Assembly (NCBI GenBank): GCA_964016885.1
Contig: OZ024762.1
Location: 1,302,001 to 1,366,000 of the forward strand
Source of the DNA: Eledone cirrhosa
Taxonomy: Eukaryota
Direction of reading: 5' to 3'
Length of the DNA stretch: 64,000 nt
Made by a program: the position numbers and the translations under genes. The notes beneath the pieces are model-generated. The model was not told the origin of the DNA, ran no database searches, and worked only from the letters and a program-made list of their open reading frames with translations. Below are positions 1 through 12,040 of the stretch, piece after piece; position 1 is the stretch's first letter; each line of letters opens with the position of its first letter.

Positions 1-304
1 TATATATGTGTGTGTGTGTATATATATATACATACATATAAGTTTATCCCGGGTTCAATCGGGGGTAACCACAGTAAGTAAGGTACTCAATACATAGCAG
101 AGTGTAAATATTTAATATAAAAATGGCTTCTACAGAACTTTCCTGATGATTTCTTCCGAATGAAACAGTTCTAGTCCTGTAGAAACCATGTCTATATTAT
201 ATATATATATAGTGACGAGGGATATTATATTACTGGTATGGACTTATATCTTTGCTAAAATGTCTTCTTTCCATGTTGTCATATTGTCTTCCATTCTGTT
301 CCAG

Positions 305-3300
305 AGAAATTCAGTTAATTGAAGAAACAGTTAAGTTATTTGAGGAGAGAAAGTCACAGTCTGAGGAATTGGTGAGTAAAGTTGGTGTTTTGTAGTAATT
401 ACTAGTGTCAACTGAGTAGTTGATAGGTTAGTAAGATACTCTCATGGAATGACCAAATGAGGTTTATTTTTCAACATACGAGGGTTGGCTGAAAAGTTGA
501 TAGTCTGACCAAGATACTCTCATGGAATGGCCTAATGAGGTTGTGGTGGTGGTGGTGGGGAAAGGTGTGATTATTCGAGACCCGAGATTAGATAGAAGAA
601 GGTTTAGGAGATGTAGAAGGGTAACTTGTGTTACTGGAACAACTCAGGACCATTTCTTCATCTTTTTCTTATTATTTTTGTTCCCTACAGAAAAATAAGT
701 TGACTGAAGACGTGAAAAAATTGGAGACTAATTTTAACTGTAAGTTGTTTAGTGTTGTTTTTAGTGTGTGTATATATGTGTGTGTGTGAGTGTATTATTG
801 TTGTGTATGTATGTAAATCTGTTGTGTGTGTCAGTGTATTAATACATATATGTGTATGTATGTTTATATCTGTTATATGTAAATATGTGTGTGTCTGTTG
901 TATGTGTGTGTATCAGTGAATCTGTTGTGTATGTGTGTGGTTGTTAGTGTATTATTATGTATGTATGTGTATATCTGTTGTTTGTATCTATGTGTGTGTG
1001 TGTATTATTACATCTGTTATGTATGCATGTGTATATGTGTAAGATTCAGTTTATGTAACCAATGTTGACTTGTTCCATCTTCAGCTGCTATTGAGATGTT
1101 CAACAACACCGAAGAAATACATGGCAGCATCTTAAATGTTATCAACACCATAAACAATGCCAAGTATATCCCCTCTTGTCTGAGATTGTCTGATAATAAC
1201 AAACCTCTCCAGTAAGTCTCATATAAATGTCTCTCTCTTGTGTAAAACACCTTCACACATATCTCTTCTTGTCTCACATTGTCTCAAAATAACAAATCTC
1301 TCCAGTAAGTCTCATATAAATGTCTTCTCTCTTGTGTAAAACACAACCTGATGAGTCTCTGGGCTCGATACAGACTTTAGACTTCAGATAAGTCTCCTTA
1401 AAGTCACACAGTCCTCCCTTTCCTCTATCTATAGCCCTGTATTTTTGTTCTCAGTACTGTGGCCTTCAAAGTTTTTGGGGATCGTAATTTCTCCAGAGAG
1501 TGTCATTTGAATGTCTGTCTTGTGTAAAACACCATCACAAATATCTCCTATTCTCTGATATTGTCTGAGAACTACAAATCTCTGTAGCGTCATTTAACCC
1601 TTTAGTTACCAACCCGGCCAAAACCAGCTCTGGTTCAATGAAATAAAACAACCCATTTTAAAGGTTTCCAATTTAAATAAAAAGCTTCCAACATAATTTT
1701 ATGGGCTCAAGACAGACTTTAGAGAAGTGATCCTAAAGGCACAAATTCCTCCTCTTGCTTTAAGTGGAGCCCTGTATTTTTGTTCTCAGTAAAGCAGCCC
1801 CTTAAAGTTGTTAAGGGGCCTCAGTTGTAATGTTTTGGGGTTTTTTTTTGTTGTTGTTTTTTTCCACTATCTCTTTTTCTTCATCTTCTTCCTCTACTTA
1901 AAGATTTCACCCCGATGAAGACATTTCTCAACTTATTGAAACCTTGGGACATATTCAGCTTGAGGAAGGCGACGGGTAAGTGCTAGTGTGTCTGTGTGAG
2001 AGTCTGTTTGGGTGTGTATGCACACCATCATCATCATCACCATTTTACCTTCCATTTTCCCTCTCTAGCATGGGTTAGACGAGTTGTCCTGTTGTGAGCA
2101 ATGCAAGGTCAGGTGACCATGTCTTGCTCTCATACAGAACTGATCCTGGGTCGGTTTCTACAGCGGTTTCACAACACCAACCACATTTACAGAGAGTACT
2201 GGGTGCTGTTTGTCATGACACCAGCGCTACCACTACAGAGTGTACTGGGTGTATTTTATCATGACACCAACACTACCACTTTACAGAGTGTACTGGGTGT
2301 ATTTTATCATGACACCAACACTACCACTTTACAGAGTGTACTGGGTGTATTTTATCATGACACCAACACTACCACTTTACAGAGTGTACTGGGTGTATTA
2401 TATCATGACACCAGCACTACCACCTTACAGAGTGTACTGGGTGTATTATATCATGACACCAGCACTACCACCTTACAGAGTGTACTGGGTGTATTATATC
2501 ATGACACCAGCACTACCACCTTACAGAGTGTACTGGGTGTATTATATCATGACACCAGCACTACCACCTTACAGAGTGTACTGGGTGTATTATATCATGA
2601 CACCAGCACTACCACCTTACAGAGTGTACTGGGTGTATTATATCATGACACCAGCACTACCACATTACAGAGTGTACTGGGTGTATTATATCATGACACC
2701 AACACTAGAGAGATTGTGTCCTTTCCCTTCTAACTCCCTCATCAACACGGCCCCTCTCCTCCTCTAACAAAACCACTGACTATGAGAAAGGGTAACTTCA
2801 GTTTCGGTGTTTCCAATCTCACCACAGGCACACATTATCCTCACTGGAAGAGTTCCCGGAGGCCATAACCGAGGAAGACCTGGAGAGTAGCAAAGATCTC
2901 ACTCTCAGCTTTGTGTCGTTTTCATATCCTAAAGTCTATGGTAAGTAAATATTATCATCATCATCACCACCACTACCATCATCATCGTCACCATGATCAC
3001 CACCATCACAACCTTCACCATCACCATCATACACCACCAACACCACCACCATCACCACCACCACCACCACCCTCACCATCACCACCACTACCACCCTCAC
3101 CATCACCACCACTACTACCATCACCACCACCACCACCACCCTCACCATCACCACCACTACCACTATCACCATCACCACCACCACCACCACCACCATCACC
3201 ACCACCACCACCACCACCCTCACCATCACCGCCACCATCATCATAATCAATCTAACCACAAGTCCATAGTATCAGTTGTTCAATCTCATTGTTTAACCAT

Positions 3301-6300
3301 CTTCATTAACCATCTTGATTTTAAAAAAACGACTTTAATTTGAATAATTTCATTTCATCGTTTAATTATCTTAATTTTTGTTCCTCCATACAGAGAAAGA
3401 ACCGGAACGAAATCCCTGTGAAAAGCAGACACTGAGAAGACCCCATCTTCTACAGAGATCAATATCTGGTAGGGACCATTTTGACTTGAACTCAGTTTAT
3501 ATTTAGGACGTAAATACTGCAAGGTATCATTTCCCAAACTTTTTCAAATGTGGAACCCCAAAGTCTAATACTGTTATATGGTCGTAATATATAAATATAC
3601 TCCTCTACCTTTTGTCACGGAACCCTAGACACTCGTTAGTATGAACGGCCAGTTTAAACAGAAAGAGGTGAGATAATTCTGGTCAGATACGGCCGGTTTA
3701 AATGCTAAAGGGTTAATAAATAAACATTTATAATATAGAAGACTGATGGCAGCGCCATCTAGCTGAGTCCAGCAGAAACAAGGGGGGATAATTGTCTATG
3801 TATTTCGAACTTAAATGGTTCTCATCAGAACTGCTTCCTACTTCCTACTGCGGTAGTGGTTAGGGTTAGAAAGGGCATCTAGCTGTAGAAACTAAGCCAG
3901 AAATATTTCTGTATGAACAAGACTTGGTCATCTCACCTGGTTTGTTTCACAGGACAACTTGTCTAAACCGTGCTAGCATAGAAAATAGATGTTAAATGAT
4001 GTTAAACGATGATCATAATGATTTTATTCCAGGTCAAGTTGAACAGGTCTTGGTGACCCATTTGAAAAACCCTTCTAACTTCATGGTCCAGAAATGTTCA
4101 GACATTCCCAAACTAAAGACTCTGATGAAACAAATAGAAAACTGGTCTTTATCTACGGGCTCACACTCTCCAGCTAATGTGTTGCTTGATGTGAATCTCG
4201 GTAAGTCAGACTTTTATATTTTATATTGACAAGATGGGGGCAACGTCATAACTTTCTGTCTATCTACCTCTCTTTTCTCTCTCTCTCGCTATCTATCTAT
4301 CTAAGTAAATGAAGGAGACAAGAAGGTAGAGAGAGAAAGACTGAGATAGAGAGAGAGAAAGAGAGACAATGTCCTGTTTTTGGTAGTGCCTATTGCTTCT
4401 ATTTCAGTTTGTATTTCTTTTATTCTCAGACGACTTTGTTTTGGCCCAGTACTCCTTTGATAATAACTGGTATCGAGCTCGTGTGAAGAAGGTGGAATCA
4501 GTCTTTAGTGAAATACATAATACTCACATTAAAGTTGTTGAGGTCTTCTATGTTGACTATGGAAATTCTGAGATGTTGCCTATAGACAAGTAAGTTGTAG
4601 TATGTTGCCTATTGTTGCCTATAGACAAGTAAGTTGTAGTATGTTGCCTATTGACAAGTAAGTTGTACGTTGCCTATTGTTGCCTATAGACAAGTAAGTT
4701 GTAGTACATTGCCTATAGATGTTGCTTGTTGTTGCCTATAGACAAGTAAATAGAATATTGCCTATACATGTTGCCCATTTGCCTAAACAAGAAAGCATTA
4801 TTATTATTATTATTTGTAGGTTATTACTGCCACCAATGAAGTTTTTCAAAGAACCAGAATATGCCATCAAATCCTGTTTATCAAACATCACATCAGTTTC
4901 CCAGGTCTGTCTGTCTGTCAGTCTGTCTGTTTGTCCCAGCATCTTATTTTTTTGACAGGCCTTTATTTCACTACCTACACCTGTTCACTGTATCGTACTA
5001 ATCACCTTTGTGTTTGGATGTTTATTATTGTTGTTTAACCCTGGGTCAATCCTGACCACACAGACCTATGAAAAAAAGTCATCTCAGTCACGGTCAGCCA
5101 ATGTCTACCAACGACTACATTTCCTAATGTGTTTTTCAGTTAACTCTTAACATCCTATAATAATTTAGCAGAGAATATGTAAAAACAGGTTTGTTAATCC
5201 AAATGTTTATAGTATCTTTACTGCTGGAATATATTATTTATTCGTCACTTTATGGTCTGGGTCGATAAAATAAAGTACCAGTAATACACTGGGTAATTGC
5301 TGGCCTTGTGCCAAAAGTAGAAACAATTATTTACTGCTGGACAGATTGTTGTTAAAATTTGTAGTATTGTCTCTTAACATCCTGTAACCTCTCCCCGCTC
5401 TCTCACTTTCTCTCTTTATCCCTGTAACCTCTCCCTGCTCTCTCACTCTCTCTCTTTATCCCTGCTACCTCCCCCTTCTCTCTCTAACCTCTCTCTCTTT
5501 CTCTCCATCTCAGGATGACGTTTGGTCAGCTGATGCAGTGAAGGTGTTTGCTGCAATTGTCCACTCCAAGATATTGACCATGACAGTAAGTCACATTCAT
5601 TATTATCACCATCATCATCACCACCATCATTGGTCTTACTTTCCCTGCTTGCAAGGGTGGGACAGGTCCTATTCAGCACAGCATCTCTCCACTTGTCACG
5701 GTCCTTCGTCATCTCCTCCGTGAGCTTCAGTGATCTGAGGTCTGCTCTCACCACCTCCGCCCATGATTTTTATGGTCTTCTTCTACTGCATCTTCCTTCC
5801 ACCGGGATTTCTTGGCACTTCTTTACCCAGCGGTCATCCTCCATGCACATCACATGTCCATACCATCGCAGTCTTCTCTCCCGCACACTACAACTTATCC
5901 CTCTTATACCCAGTTTCTCTCTCAACTGGTCCATGCTTGGTCGTTCACACACATTGACATTGCACATCTATCGGAGCATGCCTGCTTCATTTCTCTCTAG
6001 CCTTTACATATCCTCCACAGTTGCTGCTCATGTCTCACTACCGTGCAGTTTCACACAGGCATCATACAACCCACCCAACACTTATTATTATAATCCGGTG
6101 TAAGTTTGCTGTATCTTTGTTCAATATTCAACAGGTACTTAAAGAACAGAATGGCGTATGGTACTGTAATCTGTGTACTCCACCAAACAGTCTTATTCGC
6201 GATGACATTCCTACATCATTACAAGATGCCCTCGTTTTCCTTGGACATGCAAAATATGAAACCAGTGAAACTTCCAGGCTTCGTAAAGGTCAGTTTTGGG

Positions 6301-7241
6301 TGTGTATACACCCTGTATTTATACACCTTGTATTTATACACCCTGTATTTATACACCTTGTATTTATACACCCTGTATTTATACACCCTGTATTTATACC
6401 CCTTGTATTTATACACCCTGTATTTATACACCTTGTATTTATACACCCTGTATTTATACACCCTGTATTTATACCTCTTGTATTTATGCACCTTGTATTT
6501 ATACACATTGTATTTATACACCCTGTATTTGTACCTCTTGTATTTATACCCCCTGTATTTATACACCATGTATTTATACACCCTGTATTTATACACCCTG
6601 TATTTATACCCCTTGTATTTATACACCCTGTATTTATACACCTTGTATTTATACACCCTGTATTTATACCCCCTGTATTTATACACCCTGTATTTATACC
6701 CCTTGTATTTATGCACCTTGTATTTATACACCTTGTATTTATACACCTTGTAATTATACCCCCTGTATTTATACACCTTGTAATTATACACCCTGTAATT
6801 ATACACCTTGTATTTATACACCCTGTATTTATACACCTTGTAATTATACACCCATCTAAGCATTAATTAGGCTTGATGCTGCTTAACTGTTGTTTTCAGC
6901 CCTGATACGGCTGTAACTATGGATAATGTTGGTAAATAGTTAACCCTCTCTGTTTAGGTTTCCCAGAGGTAACAAGTCGTAATTACCCATCAGCCGAAAG
7001 AAGGTACGTCTCGGAAACCCTAGAAGTAATGATCACCCACGCAGAAAGTCCCCTCGATTTCTGTGTCCAGAAAGTAAGTAAAAAGTCTTGTTTCATTGCA
7101 TTAAAGTGACGACAGATCGAATGGAGGCGAGTCTGGGGTGGGACTTCAGTTTGGCTTCATCATCATCATTATCATCATTAACATCATCACCATCATCATA
7201 ATCATCATCATCATCATCATCATTAACATTATCATCATTAA

Positions 7242-7280
<39 letters not shown>

Positions 7281-10200
7281 TATCATCATTAACATCATCA
7301 TCATCATCATCATCATCATTAACATTATCATCATTAACATCAGAACCATCATCATCATCATGAACATCAGGATCCTCATAATTATCTTCATCATCATCAT
7401 CATCATCATCACGTTAGGGTTTATATTCCAAGTACACAATCTCTTACACTGAGTTAGGTTAGCAAAATTTAAGGGTGGGGTGGAATAAGAGCGGTGGGGT
7501 TTGAAAAAAACTTGGAAAATTAACAAGCTGGGGTGGGGGACGATTATTCAAACCTGAGAGTACCCAAAGTCTTACCCTGTCAATATCTTTTATCCTTGCC
7601 ATGAGTCAATATGAACCAGGAAAAATTCTGAAAAATTAGTAATTTGTGGGGTGGGTGAGGGCAGGGCAGTTAATCGAGACCACAGAGTATGTAAGAAATC
7701 CTTATTATGTTCCTTCTTTATTTCAGATGGGTATTGAACACCAGTATTTGGCCATGTCTATGAAAGATATGCAGACAGTCTACCAAGCTGACACCAAAGA
7801 TCTCTGGGTCATTTATTGTCCAGTTAAAGGTAACCTTTCTTTTTAATCACACTAACTTTAACCCTAACCCTGTGTAAGAGGGTCAAACAAAATAAATCAA
7901 ACAGCATTTCAACTTTTATATATATATATATATCATCATCATCATTTTACGTCCGCTTTTCCCTGCTTGCAAGGGTAAGACGGAACTGATTCTGGCTTGA
8001 TTTCTACAGCTGGATGCCCTTCCTAACACCAACCTCATTTACAGTGAGTGCTGGGTGCTTTTTTGCAGTGGAATGATAGGGACCCCAGTCCCTATCATCT
8101 CATTTCTACAGCTGAGTAAACTGGAACAATGTGAAATAAAGTGTCTTGCTCAAGGAAACAACACATCACCCGGTCTGAGAATTGAACTCAGGTGCAATAC
8201 AACTCATCAAAGGTGCATGTATTGTACATAGAATAATTGTTTCTACTTTTGGCACAAGGCCAGCAATTACCCAGTACATTACTGGTACTTTATTTTATCA
8301 ACCCCGTAAGGGTGAAAGGCAAAGTTAACCTCGATGGGATTTGAACTCAGACCGTTAATGTACAAATATCAGGAAAGTGAACAGTGTGTGAGTCGTGATA
8401 TACATGTGTGCGTGTGTACGGAGGGGGAATATCAGGTGTAGTGTTGACGAATTTCGGGAAGCATGGAAGTTTTAAAGGATGCAGTGTCCCGACAGCTAAC
8501 AACTGATGTATATTTCTTTAGAAATACAATTATTAAAGGGTTAACCTTCTATTTCAGATATGGTGTGTGCCTGCCACTGTCCTAGTGATAATATGTGGTA
8601 CCGAGCCAAAGTTATTGACGTACCAGGAGAACAAATGGTCAGTGTTTGTTACGTAGACTATGGAAACACAGAAATAGTCTACTACAAGAATCTCCGCAAA
8701 TTGCTTGATAAGTTCATTGTGTTACCAATTCAGGTAAGAGATTTATTGTAAAAAATTCAGGTGTCTTTTGTGGTTAAGAAAACGGGAAAGACAAAAGCTC
8801 TAGATCAGGCGTGGGGTTAGGGTGGTGTGTGAGGTGGGGAAAATCACTTCATAGTGGGACAGGAAATAGTTAGAAATATATTAAGAGTGTGTAACTCTCC
8901 ACAAGAGGCTATAAACCTCTACCTTCTTCCCCTGGATCATCATGTCTCACATTGTCTTCCATTTTCTCTTTTTTCATTTGAAGGCAAAACCTTGTAAACT
9001 GGCATATGTTGAACCCCTGGATTCCGAGGAAGACTTGACTGAGGTAAAGTATTTGTTGCTTTTATTGTTAATATATATACACACACACACACACATATAT
9101 ACACAAAAGCATACACACACACACATATATACACAAAAGCATACACACACATATATATATATATATACATCAATTTATTGTGTTTATTTCTATATTTAAG
9201 GGGACAGCTTGGTTGGTGGAAAATTTTCTCCTGAAAGAATGTCTTATAGATGTTGTTGGTAAGTTGACTTTTGATGTTTCTTAAAACTTCAAATATTATA
9301 TATACTATATATACAATAGTATATACACCAAATATTATATATGCTATATATTATATATACTATATATTATATACACTATATATTATATATTACATACACT
9401 ATATATTATATATACTAAACCTTATATACACTAAATATTATATATACTATATATTGTATTACTATATATGGTCACTCGTGTAGGACACCTCGTTTTTTTT
9501 TCATTTTGTAAAAAGACCTCACTTTCTAATATATATATACTGTAAATATTATATATACTAAATAGTATATGCACTAAACATTATATATATTAAATATTAT
9601 ATATATTATATATATTGTATATACTGTGTTATACTAAATATTATATACACTAAATATTTTTACCAAATATTATAAACACTAAGTATTATATATATTAAAT
9701 ATTTTTACTAAGTATTATACACACTGAATTTATATACTAAATATTATATACACTAAACCTCTCTCAAATCTTGATAGTTTTCAAAATGATTTAAAAATGA
9801 CAAGCTTTGTCTTCCATTAAAAAATACCGTAATATTTCAAATAACATAAATAAAGTATTTTTCTCTTTCTACACGACCAGCTGTACATGATACCTACACA
9901 GAAGTGATTCTACAACATACAGAGTCAGGTTTGGTTATCAATGATTCCATCGTTGAGTTGGGCTATGCTAAGAAATCACCAACAGCGTATGTACTTCTTA
10001 GACTTATTGTCTTGGTTTTTTCATTTTTTTATATCAACCCTTTAGCATTTAAACTGGTTGTATCTGGCCAGAATTCTCTCTCCTCTTTCTGTTCTAACTA
10101 GCTGTAACTGGCCACTCATACTGATGTTAACACTTTACCATTTACATTACTCTATATATACTATTGTATTTTCACAGTAAAGGCTTTACCTCACATAATG

Positions 10201-10612
10201 TTATGTGAGGTAAAGCCTTTACTGTGACAATACAATAGTATATATAGAGTAATGTAAATGCTATGTGAAATATTTATGTGAGGTAAAGCCTTTACCGTGA
10301 AAATACAATAGTATATATAGAGTAATGTAAAGGGTAAAGGGTTAACCTTTGTGGGAGAAAAACAATTGATGTATATTCTAACGAAGAATCATGTTATTGA
10401 TTTTGGTGTTTGTCTTGTACAGGCCAAGCTGTATTCCTCAAATTATCCTCAGAAGTTGTGAAAGTCCCAGTATTAATGATTCCAGCGGTTCTTTATCTCC
10501 TGAACCTCCAACACATCAGGTAACAACACTTCCTATTGCATAGCAAGGTGAATCATCTATCTGTCTGTCTGTCTATTTATCTATCTATCAACGGCTCTAT
10601 CTACCTATTTAG

Positions 10613-10698
<86 letters not shown>

Positions 10699-11192
10699 AG
10701 GCACATGGCTTAGTGGTTAGAGCATTGGCCTTGCAATCGAAAGGTTGTGAGTTCAATTCTCAGACCGGGTGATGTGTTGTTTCCTTGAGCAAGACACTTT
10801 ATTTCACATTGCTCCAGTTTACTCAGCTGTAGAAATGAGATGATAGGGACTGGGGTCCTTATCATTGCCCTGCAAAGTGGTCGTGTAGGTGCCACGGCAA
10901 AAAAGCACCCAGCACTCACTGTAAATGAGGTTGGTGTTAGGAAGGGCATCCAGCTGTAGAAATCAAGCCAGAATCAGTTCCCGTCCCACCCTTGCAAGCA
11001 GGGAAAAGTGGACGTAAAATGAAATGAATGAATGAATGAATATATATATATATATATATATTAGAAAGAGTCGGGACCCGACAGCTAAGTTCTTGCCATT
11101 TCAACAGCTAGCTTAAAACTAGTTCAATCCATATATATATATATAATATTATATTATATATATATATATCATCATCATTGTTTTAACATCCA

Positions 11193-11255
<63 letters not shown>

Positions 11256-12009
11256 TATACACATATATATATACACATATATATATATTTCCCCTCTTCG
11301 CAACCATCTGTAATGCCACATTTAACTATCAGCAGCAGGCCAACAGTGTGTCGGGGTTTGTCCCAGTCCAACCAACAGTTGACAAGTCCAGTGTTGTCAC
11401 CCTGACTGAATCTCAGATTGAAGTGACTGTTAGTATATTCCACAGCCTGTCCGAGTTTTATCTCCACACAACAGAGAACAGTATGAAGCTAAACAAGTAA
11501 GCCTCACAACTATTGCTCCCTATTTCCACATAACAGGGGCCTTTCATAACTAATGAAGAGTTAAATTAAATATACAGACATACAGACACATACATATATA
11601 CATATACAGACATATACATATACATATATACATATACAGACATATACATATACATATATACATATACATACATATCAAAATGTACATACATATATATATA
11701 TATATATCCAGACATACACGCACACACAGACATACACTCACAACATATCCAGATGTATGTGCATACATACATACATATATATATATATATTCAGATGTAT
11801 ATACATACATACACACATATATACATACATACATATATATATATATTCAGATGTATATACATACATACATACATATATTCATATCCAGACATATATATAT
11901 ATATATACAGACCTATATATATATATAAATACATATAGACATACATACATATATAAATACAGATGTACATACATAAATTCATATATAGATATATACATAT
12001 ACATATATC

Positions 12010-12040
<31 letters not shown>

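Noticed and set aside
1348-1375. Other CTGATGA occurrences (1348, 22693, 36441, 54075, 57744) as hammerheads
   Set aside because: They lack a properly placed stem II plus GAAA and stem I pairing.
2101-2767. 210-aa and 175-aa repetitive ORFs (also 46662-47347 and 35425-36291)
   Set aside because: They are translations of stop-free 48-bp minisatellites inside introns, open in several frames.
6021-6866. Long IHPVF / YTPCI / YKYRV ORFs
   Set aside because: 15-bp minisatellite; only 6135-6288 is a real exon.
10697-10772. tRNA gene (Ala-like TGC loop)
   Set aside because: SINE head: no proper acceptor stem, continues into a SINE body, and has multiple diverged copies.
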